Virus record (IMG/VR): IMGVR_UViG_3300024322_000001
Direction: 5' to 3' (one strand)
Length of the DNA stretch: 64,000 nt
Origin: a virus
Lineage: Duplodnaviria; Caudoviricetes
Part shown: piece after piece, positions 37,680 to 46,660 of the stretch
Layout of the letters: every line of letters begins with the position of its first letter
Position numbering within the stretch: position 1 is the stretch's first letter
Position numbers and translations under genes: made by a program
The notes under the pieces: generated by a model
Told to the model about the DNA's origin: nothing
Seen by the model: the letters and a program-made list of their open reading frames with translations, nothing else
Database searches by the model: none

Positions 37680-38222
37680 CTATAAAATTTGTCTCAAAAA
37701 ATTGCACCACATATACAAGCTTCTATCTCTTAATATACGAAATAAATCATCTAATTCCAACTGAAAAGTATTAAATTTTTCTTCAGCAATAATTCTTCCT
37801 TCATCAACCTCAGCTACTACTTTATGCAATACTGCACCTGCTGTAGGATATTTACCTTCTTTAATACCTTCGAAAGCTCTTACTTGAGGATCTTTACCTT
37901 TCAGTTCTGGATATTCAGTTATGAGCCCTGGATGCCCATTATAGATAAGGTATTTTCTACATATAGAAGGAGGCATAACTCTTAACCACCCGTGTAAAGT
38001 AACTAAAGCATTATCTTCTAACACTACATCATAATCCTCTACTGATGGTTTATTCGGCAGGAAAATAATATCCATATCGAGTAATTCATCATTTATTTTT
38101 CTTAAATGCTCAGGTCTTTGATTAGTAATTATTTTATCAGGCCATCTACCAAATGCCTTTGCTATATCTACTATTTCAGTCCCTGTCTGACTAAAGAATG
38201 CTATCCAAAGTTTGTCTCCCAT
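37680..38222 (-). CDS. dpdN: PurN-like formyltransferase, probable preQ1 formyltransferase
   Basis: NGHPGLI..YPELKG, AGAVLHKV and VDEGRII motifs; overlaps the dpdA-like gene. Confidence 0.75.
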   Translation of the reverse strand: MGDKLWIAFFSQTGTEIVDIAKAFGRWPDKIITNQRPEHLRKINDELLDMDIIFLPNKPSVEDYDVVLEDNALVTLHGWLRVMPPSICRKYLIYNGHPGLITEYPELKGKDPQVRAFEGIKEGKYPTAGAVLHKVVAEVDEGRIIAEEKFNTFQLELDDLFRILRDRSLYMWCNFLRQIL

Positions 38223-39018
38223 TTGTAAACCATCTAAATTTTTGTATATTATTTTTAATTGTACCTAATTGCTCTATTGATATATCAGAGTTAATAAGTT
38301 CATGTAATTTTTGTCTCTCTTTAGACCATAATCCGTCTGATCTATATGTTATATTTTTAATACCGTGAACTACAGGATTTGAAGTATCTAAAGAGTATAT
38401 CCAGTCGTAATCAGAGTGCTTATAAAAACTAAATTCTTGAGGAAGCCCACAGCCGAGGAGATGATGAGGTTTAGTTTGATTAATTACTCCATCTCTAAGT
38501 AAGTCTCCTAGTAGCTTAACACGTCCTAGCATCCAACTAACATACTTGTTAGCATGAGGAACTGACTGTGTGTAGTACGAGTAATCAAAAGAAATAGCTA
38601 TCATATCTACATCTGCTGATTTATTCATATAGTTGTAGCAATCTACAATTTCATCATAGGATTTACCTTGTACTACACCTATTTTACCGCTTCCCTTATA
38701 TCCATACCCTTTATTAATCCAATCCTCCATCTGATCGCATGTTTTTTGAGCATCTTCCAAAGCATCTGGAACTATATACCAGGAAGGTTTAAGTTCGTTA
38801 ACCCATCTATTAAATTTATCTGCATCGAAAGCTTCTTCTAATTCAAAAATAGAATTATCTAAAATAACCTCTCTACCTTTACTTACTGCTTTTTTAAATT
38901 GAGCCAAGTATTCTTCATCTTCTTCAAATAAATGTACTAAAGCGTAATCGTAGTCTGTATACTTTTGAACTTCATCAAAAATACTTTTAGGACTTTCGTG
39001 TGCAATTTTTATATTCAT
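38191..39018 (-). CDS. dpdA: TGT-fold 7-deazaguanine transglycosylase (DpdA-like)
   Basis: ILDNSIFE, IVPD, GVVQG, HHLLG and SLDTSNP motifs; lies within the que gene cluster. Confidence 0.78.
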   Translation of the reverse strand: MNIKIAHESPKSIFDEVQKYTDYDYALVHLFEEDEEYLAQFKKAVSKGREVILDNSIFELEEAFDADKFNRWVNELKPSWYIVPDALEDAQKTCDQMEDWINKGYGYKGSGKIGVVQGKSYDEIVDCYNYMNKSADVDMIAISFDYSYYTQSVPHANKYVSWMLGRVKLLGDLLRDGVINQTKPHHLLGCGLPQEFSFYKHSDYDWIYSLDTSNPVVHGIKNITYRSDGLWSKERQKLHELINSDISIEQLGTIKNNIQKFRWFTNGRQTLDSIL

Positions 39019-39036
39019 ATAACTTATTTTTGATTT

Positions 39037-39237
39037 TTACTCTTTACCTTCCTTAAACGTATCGTCTAAAATATTTGAAATATATCTTACATAGCCGTCT
39101 AATTTATTCATTTCCGTATTAAGTTTTTTATCATACGTGAATACTTCTTTGACAGCCTGTTGAGCAATTTCTAGCGGCACATATTCTTTTCCGTCTACTG
39201 TTATAATGTAATCCTCTAAATTAGTACCCTTACTCAT
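39037..39237 (-). CDS. hypothetical protein
   Basis: 66-aa ORF within the operon. Confidence 0.6.
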   Translation of the reverse strand: MSKGTNLEDYIITVDGKEYVPLEIAQQAVKEVFTYDKKLNTEMNKLDGYVRYISNILDDTFKEGKE

Positions 39238-39733
39238 TGAAAAACTTTTTTAAATTAGGTCTAAAGTAATTAACTGATTTCATTACTTTTCTATCTCTTG
39301 TTCTGTATACAATATACAAGTCTTCTACTTTTTCATAATGACATTCTTCATTATAAGCTTTAGACCTGACGGCGACAGTTTCTTTTGCTTCTTCTTCAGT
39401 TTTACAAGCTTTAGACATATTAGAAGCCTGTACCTCTTGATATGCTGGCCATATCTTATCCTTAAGGCCGTGTAACATAGTACCGTTCCCAAGGGAAACA
39501 TAAGCAATGTCGCACAAAGCGTCCAAAACTTCAACGATGTCTCCGTTCTCACACGCTTCTCTATATTCTTCAAGCTCTTCGAGTATAAAGTCATATACGA
39601 ACTGCCACTCTTTCTTCTCTGGTATAGTCGGTTCATAGTTATTTGGTTTGCCAAATGTGGCATTAAATTCTTCTACTTCAGAAACAAATGGTACGTAATC
39701 TGTTTCTCGGAATAATGATAGTTGTTTACCCAT
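39230..39733 (-). CDS. MazG-like nucleoside-triphosphate pyrophosphohydrolase
   Basis: ILEELEEY...EVLDALCDIAYV...VQASNMSK...KVMK motifs. Confidence 0.85.
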   Translation of the reverse strand: MGKQLSLFRETDYVPFVSEVEEFNATFGKPNNYEPTIPEKKEWQFVYDFILEELEEYREACENGDIVEVLDALCDIAYVSLGNGTMLHGLKDKIWPAYQEVQASNMSKACKTEEEAKETVAVRSKAYNEECHYEKVEDLYIVYRTRDRKVMKSVNYFRPNLKKFFNE

Positions 39734-40169
39734 TTTTACTCATTTTTTTCCACCAATCTGTTTTATTGATGAGTTGTTTTTCTTTTCTGTCTACTAAATC
39801 GTCTAAATGATCGTATATACCACGATCCCAATCGTCTTGATATCTAATGATATCATCTTCTCCGAAATAATCTCCGGTTTGCACTTCTATAAATTGTACT
39901 GGTTTATCAGTTTTATTCCAAGCTCTATGTTTACTGCAGCAAGGTATGGTTATAGATTCACCAGGATTATCTAGAGAGTATTCATCACCATCTCTAATGA
40001 CAGTTAACTCTCCACTTACTAGAGTCCATTGCTCTTGTCTCTTCTCATGAGACTGATAGGATAATCTCTTACCTGGAGCTACGGTGATTAGTTTAACTTT
40101 AGTAAAGTCAGTATCTAATAGTACATCGTAGCAACCCCAAGGTCTTTCATCGTGTTCTAATGATTGCAT
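39726..40169 (-). CDS. cupin, type II mannose-6-phosphate isomerase C-terminal-like
   Basis: ERPWG, RLSYQSH.KR.EQW and IEVQTGDYFGEDDIIR motifs. Confidence 0.85.
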   Translation of the reverse strand: MQSLEHDERPWGCYDVLLDTDFTKVKLITVAPGKRLSYQSHEKRQEQWTLVSGELTVIRDGDEYSLDNPGESITIPCCSKHRAWNKTDKPVQFIEVQTGDYFGEDDIIRYQDDWDRGIYDHLDDLVDRKEKQLINKTDWWKKMSKNG

Positions 40170-40870
40170 TTCTCTGCTAATTCTATATTCTTATAAAACT
40201 CAGCTTTAGCTGATGGTTCATCTAAAAAGGCTCCAGTTAGTTTAGCTGTTTGCATTGATGCTCCTCCATGCTTAACTCCTCTACAGGAAACACAAGCGTG
40301 AGTTGCATTAACTTGAACTGCTACTCCTAAATTGCCTTCACATATCTTATCTACTGCATTATGTATAGCTACAGTTAACTGCTCTTGAATAGCTCCTCTT
40401 CTACCGAATTGTTCTACTATTCTATTTAGTTTAGATAGTCCTACTACCTTACCATCTTCTGAAGCTATATAAGCAATACTTACTGTGCCTCTAATAGCTT
40501 GATGATGATGCGAACACATAGACGTTACTGGTATGTTACTCTCTTGTACGATACCGTCATACCCGTCTGAAGGAAAAGCTGTAATCTTATCTAAAGGGCT
40601 ATATCTTCCAGCCCATAAATCGTTAACATATGCTTTAGCTACCCTAAATGGTGTATCTGCAGAGTTAGGATCTGCTGCATAATCACATCCTAAAGCGGTA
40701 AGGAACTCTGCATAAGCCTTTGCTGCTCTTTCTATAATTACTTGTTTTTCATGATCAGTAAGTCTTGCTTCTGGTCCTTCCAGCTTTTGTTTTTCTGCTA
40801 ATTGAGTTGAAATACCGTTAGCGAAACCGGCTTTTACTAATTCTGTTCCTTTTATAAACTTTTTTGGCAT
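40157..40870 (-). CDS. folE: GTP cyclohydrolase I
   Basis: DTPFRVAK, SMCSHH, GLSKLNR, IQEQLT and HACVSCRGV motifs. Confidence 0.96.
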   Translation of the reverse strand: MPKKFIKGTELVKAGFANGISTQLAEKQKLEGPEARLTDHEKQVIIERAAKAYAEFLTALGCDYAADPNSADTPFRVAKAYVNDLWAGRYSPLDKITAFPSDGYDGIVQESNIPVTSMCSHHHQAIRGTVSIAYIASEDGKVVGLSKLNRIVEQFGRRGAIQEQLTVAIHNAVDKICEGNLGVAVQVNATHACVSCRGVKHGGASMQTAKLTGAFLDEPSAKAEFYKNIELAEKCNH

Positions 40871-40878
40871 AATATAAT

Positions 40879-40910
40879 TTATGTTTTTATTGAGGTTCTA
40901 CGACTCATTA
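40879..40910 (-). ncRNA. candidate preQ1-I-like riboswitch aptamer (folE leader)
   Basis: UGAG-UCGUAGAAC-CUCA-AUAAAAA-C-AUA between the promoter and the folE ATG. Confidence 0.65.
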
Positions 40911-40917
40911 CTATAAC

Positions 40918-40949
40918 TTAATATAAGAACTTTTATTCATTAATCCAAA
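40918..40949 (-). promoter_or_regulatory. Bacteroidota-type promoter for the folE-dpdA-dpdN-queF run
   Basis: TTTG-N20-TATATTAA. Confidence 0.72.
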
Positions 40950-41359
40950 TAATCTTGAATTGTTTTTGAATCTTTTTTCTCCCATGGGTACACGATCCAA
41001 TCAGTAGTTTCTAACCAATTGCAGTAGAAGTCTGGTTTTGTTACTGTAGTGTTTCTTACGTCTAATGTAGCTGTTGTGTATCCCTGTTTCTTAAAGTGTT
41101 TGAGGGTCTGTCCAGAGTCGGATATATCATCCACTATTAATATTTTTTTCTTATCTATATTAAGGTTAAACTCCTCTAACTTTTCTAGATGGTCTATAGT
41201 TATGTGCTTTATCCCCAGTTTATGAGACATAATGACTGCTACTACTAAACCTCCTCTCGGTATACCTACTACGTAATCTACATTTTTAATTTTATTTGCT
41301 AATTTTTCTACCTGGTGGTCTATATCGTTCCAGGTAACGAATACTTTTTTTGGAGTCAT
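40940..41359 (-). CDS. type I phosphoribosyltransferase (Gpt-like)
   Basis: GIPRGGL, ILIVDDISDSGQTL and WIVYPWE motifs. Confidence 0.9.
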   Translation of the reverse strand: MTPKKVFVTWNDIDHQVEKLANKIKNVDYVVGIPRGGLVVAVIMSHKLGIKHITIDHLEKLEEFNLNIDKKKILIVDDISDSGQTLKHFKKQGYTTATLDVRNTTVTKPDFYCNWLETTDWIVYPWEKKDSKTIQDYLD

Positions 41360-41362
41360 ATC

Positions 41363-41665
41363 TTACTTTAATATTAACGTTGATAAATGTACTATGTTAT
41401 ACTTAATTGCATAGTCAACAACTTCTTGTCCTGTTTCTTCACTTACGATTCTTATATCTTTGAAGTCAAGACCTTCTTCGTTAACATATTCTACTAATTC
41501 CCTAACAGTACAGCTATGATTTTCCAAGTTCATCAAATCTAAGGTCTGTATGGAGTCCATTGTAATTAATTCTAAGGTATTCCCAGATAGTTTATAATCC
41601 CAAATAGGACTATTTAAAAAGTACACCTTACGGTCTAAATCTTCTAAAATATTACTATAATTCAT
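41363..41665 (-). CDS. hypothetical protein
   Basis: 100-aa ORF within the operon. Confidence 0.6.
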   Translation of the reverse strand: MNYSNILEDLDRKVYFLNSPIWDYKLSGNTLELITMDSIQTLDLMNLENHSCTVRELVEYVNEEGLDFKDIRIVSEETGQEVVDYAIKYNIVHLSTLILK

Positions 41666-41789
41666 TTATAAAAATTTTTAGTTTATCTATTAATACTAGT
41701 ACATCGTCTGGTTCCATAGTAATAGCACAGCATGTATTAATATTTTCTTCTACTTCTTCTAATATCTCTAAAGCTTCGTCTTTAGTCAT
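41655..41789 (-). CDS. small hypothetical protein (44 aa)
   Basis: Own translation MTKDEALEILEEVEENINTCCAITMEPDDVLVLIDKLKIFINEL; coupled to the queE stop. Confidence 0.55.
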   Translation of the reverse strand: MTKDEALEILEEVEENINTCCAITMEPDDVLVLIDKLKIFINEL

Positions 41790-42577
41790 TATACTTCACG
41801 TTGATCTTCAAAAGCAATGATATGCGGTCTCCAAGTCATTCTATAACCATTATCTCTAACCCAATCAAATAATACCGGATAAGATTTAAATAATGCTTCC
41901 CTTGAATCTCCTGCAGGCATAAACCATACCTTACTTTTAGGTATTTTTAACCTGTAAATACAGGTCATTATTTCCTCTAAAGCTTTTTCATCTTTACCAT
42001 CCCATACAGGTTTTAAATGATAGTCAGAGTGGTAATTGATACTTTCTTCTATAGCATCATAATTAAGTCTAAACTTATTATGCTGCTTTATCATTCTTTC
42101 GTCAGTAATCCCTCCTTGAGGAGTCTCTACGCCAATGACTGGAACAGAATTAGAAAACTTAGGGCTAATAGATAGCAGATTAATAGGGTAATCTGTGGGT
42201 AGAAAGTGACTACCTTCAGTTTCGATAGTAATAAATATATTATTCTCATTTGCAAAGTGTGTTAATTCGTTTACCAAAGCTGGATGCATTGTAGGAGAAC
42301 CTCCTGTTAGCATCATTTCTTTAATATGGGGGTTATCTTTATACTTTTGTATAATATCGTTAAAATTAAATTGACCTTTTTCTGGATGGATTGAAGTATA
42401 CCAGCTATCACACCAGCCTCCTTCTCCAAAGTAACATCTATGGGTACAGCCAGTAGTTCTAATTACTATAGTTGGGTACCCTGCTCTTGAACCTTCTGAC
42501 TGTACTGCAGTATAAACTTCTACAATCGGTAAGTTCTTTTCGTAATCTTCTATTCTTTTTAATTGTTTATGCGACAT
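41789..42577 (-). CDS. queE: 7-carboxy-7-deazaguanine synthase (radical SAM)
   Basis: VQSEG, RTTGCTHRC...WCDS, LTGG, IETEGS and SISPK motifs. Confidence 0.9.
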   Translation of the reverse strand: MSHKQLKRIEDYEKNLPIVEVYTAVQSEGSRAGYPTIVIRTTGCTHRCYFGEGGWCDSWYTSIHPEKGQFNFNDIIQKYKDNPHIKEMMLTGGSPTMHPALVNELTHFANENNIFITIETEGSHFLPTDYPINLLSISPKFSNSVPVIGVETPQGGITDERMIKQHNKFRLNYDAIEESINYHSDYHLKPVWDGKDEKALEEIMTCIYRLKIPKSKVWFMPAGDSREALFKSYPVLFDWVRDNGYRMTWRPHIIAFEDQREV

Positions 42578-43031
42578 AATAAGCTGCGTTTTTTCCGTGT
42601 TCCATAAATTTTACTTTCGTCACCTTAACTCTACCTTCTGTTTCTTCTTCTACAAAATCATTTAATTTATTAAAAATATATTCTGCAAATTTTTCTGCTC
42701 CGGTAGCAGGTATAACTCTGATTTGTGCTACTTCTGATAATCCCATATGTAGAAATTTATCTAAATAGGGGTCGTCCTGAGCAACTATGAAGGTATGGTC
42801 GAACATATAATCCATCCATTGCTTAGGAGATAAGCCATCTATTTTAGTCTTAGCTCTTTTCATACCTCCGAAGTCCCATACCCAGTTTCTGTAGTCTAAT
42901 TCTCCTTCAAAATATACTTTAAATGCTACTCCGTAGCCGTGAACAAACCTACAATGTGTATCTTCTGCTTTCCATTGACGGAACACAGTAGAGAACCCGT
43001 CGAATACTTTACTTGATTGAAATTTTCCCAT
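42567..43031 (-). CDS. queD: 6-carboxy-5,6,7,8-tetrahydropterin synthase
   Basis: HCRFVHGY, WDFG, FDH and GAE motifs. Confidence 0.9.
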   Translation of the reverse strand: MGKFQSSKVFDGFSTVFRQWKAEDTHCRFVHGYGVAFKVYFEGELDYRNWVWDFGGMKRAKTKIDGLSPKQWMDYMFDHTFIVAQDDPYLDKFLHMGLSEVAQIRVIPATGAEKFAEYIFNKLNDFVEEETEGRVKVTKVKFMEHGKNAAYYVA

Positions 43032-43040
43032 ATCTTTAAT

Positions 43041-43274
43041 TTAAACTAATTCTTCCCCTATTCCAACTATTTCTGCTAAAAATAGACCTATAAAGCCTAA
43101 TTCAAACATACCAAAGAAGCCAAAAGCACATGCTCCTAGCCTAATAGCTGATTTTAAAAATGAAATTCTTTGGTGAAGTTTCGGATCAGGTATTTTCTGT
43201 CCGTCGATCTCAATAGAACCTTTTTGTTTTTTAAACTCCGTATCTTTATACAGAGTATTTGCTTTTTTACTCAT
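43041..43274 (-). CDS. small membrane protein, first gene of the queD-queE operon
   Basis: Hydrophobic C-terminal half ending LAEIVGIGEELV. Confidence 0.7.
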   Translation of the reverse strand: MSKKANTLYKDTEFKKQKGSIEIDGQKIPDPKLHQRISFLKSAIRLGACAFGFFGMFELGFIGLFLAEIVGIGEELV

Positions 43275-43276
43275 AT

Positions 43277-43308
43277 TGGTGTTTTTAAAGTGGTGCTACG
43301 ACACTATA
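43277..43308 (-). ncRNA. candidate preQ1-I-like riboswitch aptamer (queD-queE operon leader)
   Basis: AGUG-UCGUAGCAC-CACU-UUAAAAA-C-ACC; same architecture as the folE leader. Confidence 0.6.
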
Positions 43309-43322
43309 GTCTTATATTACTT

Positions 43323-43354
43323 ATAATATAATAAAAAAAGGGATAGTAAGCAAC
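43323..43354 (-). promoter_or_regulatory. Bacteroidota-type promoter for the queD-queE-PRTase run
   Basis: GTTG-N20-TATATTAT. Confidence 0.7.
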
Positions 43355-43363
43355 TATCCCCTT
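43333..43363 (-). terminator. intrinsic terminator after the fibre-like genes (overlaps the next promoter)
   Basis: GGGATAGT-loop-ACTATCCC followed by a U run. Confidence 0.8.
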
Positions 43364-43382
43364 AGTTTTTTTTAAATTATTT

Positions 43383-45131
43383 TTATGCTAGTAATGCTAA
43401 TAAAGAACCTGTAAAGTCATTGTAGTTTGTTGACCCTGTTAATGCAGCTCTTAATTTTGCTTTGCTAACATAATTTAATTCAATAGAAGCTGATGGTACA
43501 AATGTGTAAGCATCCTGCTCTAAATCGTGAATATCGTTATGATTTTCTGTCCACGATTGTGCTATAGAAGCAGACAGCATTGTAAATGAACCTGTAATGT
43601 CAGCTTTTAAAGCGTATGAACTTGTTGCTGCTAATAGTCCTAGTTGCGAACCAGATAATGCAGCTATATCGTCATTGTTGTTACTTACATCGGTTTGTAG
43701 AATTGCTATGTCATCTACATTGGCAGTAGTCACGACTGCAAAAGATGCTGAAACTGCATCTAGCTGTGCATCAGTAGCATACTCACTATCTATAGAGGAA
43801 CTAAAACTTTCTAAGCTTATAATTCTAGCATCTAAAGAAGCTGTAGCTGTATATAATTCATCTTCAGAAGCATATATATTATCAAATGAAGAACTAAAGT
43901 TTAATAGATGTGCTGTTTCTAAAGCAAGTGATGAAGACACACTATCTAGTTGTGCGTCTGTAGCATAATAGTTGTCTAAAGAAGAACTAAAGTGATCTAA
44001 TCTAGCTATAGATTCCGAGACATTGCTATATCCTGCTATCGATAATTGACCAGATTCTGCTTTAATATTTCTAATTGTGACAATGTCATTATCTGCTGAT
44101 ATTTTGCCAGTGGTATTTATATCATCAGAAGCATATATAGTACCGGTTACCGCGATTCCATTAGTAGTAGTTGAGAATTTTTTAGCATTATCATAATAAA
44201 GCTCAATAGGACCATCTTTTGTAAACTTAGCAAAAGTTTCTCCCAATTGTCCTGATTTGATTTCAACTTCATTATCTGAAACTATTAATAGATCTCCAGA
44301 TCCTTTTTCCTGTATATGTGAATTTCCAGCTACATCTGAGAATATATCTAGTTTGCTATCTATTGCAATTTTTCTACCTGCTGTGGCAAGTATTATATCT
44401 CCATTGGATACTGTTACTGTACCTTCTTGATCAAGAGTACCAATTCTAGTATAGTCTCCTTTTTGACCAGTATCTCCATTGTGATCTATATCACCAAGTA
44501 AAAAAGTACTACCTGTAATTGATAAATCTCCTTTAAATTTACTATCTGCATTTACATAGAAAGGATAGTCAGCTTCTTCTTTTAGATTTGCTCCTAATTT
44601 AAATCTACTTGAAGAAGGATGGTTAATCTGTATTCCTGCATATCTGGTAGGAATACCAGATTCTACTTTATAGTAGTCTTCTAATTTAATATGTTCTCCA
44701 TTACCACCAGCTACTCCATCTCTTCCTGCTTCAGAGATACTAAATTTATTATTATAAAAAGTAGTATAGTTTACGTTTGAAGACGTAGTTTCTGCTGCTA
44801 ATTGAAGACCGTGTAAACCTTCTGTATCAGTCGGTAGTACCTCTAACAATCCTCCTCCGTTAACTCCCTTTTGAAGATTTATATCGTCTCCTAGAGTTAT
44901 AGATTTATTAGAATCTAATCCTCCACTAACAAATACTGAACCTGTGAAGTTATGTAGATCATCTGCAGAATCTCCAAACAGAGTAGAACCTGATCTGTAG
45001 ATGATTGATGTTTGTACTTTTTCCGTTATAAATTGTTCTGCAGTTACATCTCCTGTAACTATCAGACTGCCGGATAGACTTACTATCTGTCCGCTTATCG
45101 GTTTAATGCTATTTACTCTAATTCTACTCAT
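43383..45131 (-). CDS. tail-fibre-like virion protein
   Basis: SGS/TGS-rich beta repeats, SIIYRSGSTLFGDSADDLHNFTGS motif, C-terminal coiled-coil repeats (YATDAQLD); TATTTAT upstream. Confidence 0.6.
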   Translation of the reverse strand: MSRIRVNSIKPISGQIVSLSGSLIVTGDVTAEQFITEKVQTSIIYRSGSTLFGDSADDLHNFTGSVFVSGGLDSNKSITLGDDINLQKGVNGGGLLEVLPTDTEGLHGLQLAAETTSSNVNYTTFYNNKFSISEAGRDGVAGGNGEHIKLEDYYKVESGIPTRYAGIQINHPSSSRFKLGANLKEEADYPFYVNADSKFKGDLSITGSTFLLGDIDHNGDTGQKGDYTRIGTLDQEGTVTVSNGDIILATAGRKIAIDSKLDIFSDVAGNSHIQEKGSGDLLIVSDNEVEIKSGQLGETFAKFTKDGPIELYYDNAKKFSTTTNGIAVTGTIYASDDINTTGKISADNDIVTIRNIKAESGQLSIAGYSNVSESIARLDHFSSSLDNYYATDAQLDSVSSSLALETAHLLNFSSSFDNIYASEDELYTATASLDARIISLESFSSSIDSEYATDAQLDAVSASFAVVTTANVDDIAILQTDVSNNNDDIAALSGSQLGLLAATSSYALKADITGSFTMLSASIAQSWTENHNDIHDLEQDAYTFVPSASIELNYVSKAKLRAALTGSTNYNDFTGSLLALLA

Positions 45132-45149
45132 CTTATATAAATATGTCTA

Positions 45150-46589
45150 TTAATCTGTTAATGCGTATTTTACTACGTAAACATCAGAATTTTGTGATAT
45201 AAATAATTCTCCGTTTACTTCTGTATCGTGAAACAATCTCATATTGTAGTTAGGCGGTACTACTGTTGATGGTATAGCTTTAGGAGACATGAAATAATTC
45301 GAATCAACCGAATTAGCTGTTAGTCTATGCTGCACTGTAGAACTTCCGTTAACTACTGTGTTACCATTTGTTGTTAATGAACCAGTAACGTTTAAGCTAC
45401 CTGTTATACTATGTTTGTCATCTAATGTATCTCCGAACTGTGTCGAACCTGATTGGTATATTACTGAAGAAGATACTATTGATGTATTAAACTGGTTTGC
45501 AGTAAGTGTTCCGTCAATAGTAACGTCACCTGTGACGTCTATATTACCTACTTGATTGGTATCTCCTGTCAGGTCATATGTACCAGTTTGGATAAAATTA
45601 CCTTCCTGTACTATACTCCCGGAAATAGCTATATCTGTACTGCCTGTAATATTTACTGCTCCAGTTAATGTAGTATCTCCTAATAAGGTAAAATCTCCTG
45701 CCTGTGAAGTGCTTCCTGTTCGGATTAATACTCCGTTTTGAATTATACTACCTGAAATATGTATGTCTGTACTTCCTGTAATTGCAACTTCTCCTGATAA
45801 TGTTGTTACACCAGTAGAGGTTAAAGAACCTGAGCTTATTAAACTTCCTGTTATGCTCGATTTACCTATTAGTGATGAATCTCCTGAAGTTTCACTATTT
45901 CCTACACGTTTTAAGGTTCCTGTTTGTCTTAGTCCACCCTGTATGTCAAAATCACCTATATTATTGAACCGTCCAGTGTGATCTGTACGTCCTGTTTTTG
46001 CAGTATCTCCTACTTGAGTAAACTTACCTGTTTGTTCGGTATCACCTGTATGTTTATATAATCCTATATGAGAATTAATCCCAGTATGTGTAAAATCACC
46101 TTCAAGATCATAATCTCCTTTTTGATCCGAATCTCCTAGTAGTTCTATACTTCCGGTTTGTTCAATGTTTCCAATTAAACTGTAATTACCTGTTTGATCA
46201 ATATCCCCGCTAAGGTTTATGCTACCAATTTGTGTAGTATCCCCAACTTGAAAGGTACTTCCTGTAATAGTTAAATTTCCTACTAAGTTTTCACTGCCGG
46301 AAATTAAAAGGCTACCTGTAAATGTATGGTTATCATCTTGAGTATCACCGTACTTAGTAGAGCCGGATTCATATATAATAGAAGAAGTAACCTGTGTTGC
46401 TATAAATCTTCTTGCAGTTACAGGTCCATCTACATTTAGGCTTCCTGTAACTTCAAGCACGCCACTGACGGTAAGATCGGCCATTGAGCCTGATAGGATT
46501 CTTCCGTATCCGTCTTGTAGTATTCCTTTATCAACTTGAACTATCCGTTGATAAGTTTTATTAATCTTATTGCTGGTAAAATCTGCCAT
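45150..46589 (-). CDS. tail-fibre-like beta-helix repeat protein
   Basis: Six-residue xxTG/xxGD repeats and two copies of SS(I/V)IY(E/Q)SGST.(Y/F)GDT.DD.H..TGSL. Confidence 0.6.
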   Translation of the reverse strand: MADFTSNKINKTYQRIVQVDKGILQDGYGRILSGSMADLTVSGVLEVTGSLNVDGPVTARRFIATQVTSSIIYESGSTKYGDTQDDNHTFTGSLLISGSENLVGNLTITGSTFQVGDTTQIGSINLSGDIDQTGNYSLIGNIEQTGSIELLGDSDQKGDYDLEGDFTHTGINSHIGLYKHTGDTEQTGKFTQVGDTAKTGRTDHTGRFNNIGDFDIQGGLRQTGTLKRVGNSETSGDSSLIGKSSITGSLISSGSLTSTGVTTLSGEVAITGSTDIHISGSIIQNGVLIRTGSTSQAGDFTLLGDTTLTGAVNITGSTDIAISGSIVQEGNFIQTGTYDLTGDTNQVGNIDVTGDVTIDGTLTANQFNTSIVSSSVIYQSGSTQFGDTLDDKHSITGSLNVTGSLTTNGNTVVNGSSTVQHRLTANSVDSNYFMSPKAIPSTVVPPNYNMRLFHDTEVNGELFISQNSDVYVVKYALTD

Positions 46590-46660
46590 GTATACACTTA
46601 TATTGTATAAATAGCTGAATAATCTGATTTAGTAGTGATTTATTAATCAGTAAAATTTAG

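Noticed and set aside
39325-39663. 112-aa same-strand ORF nested in the MazG-like gene
   Set aside because: Alternative frame with no motif or distinct initiation context; the MazG frame explains the sequence.
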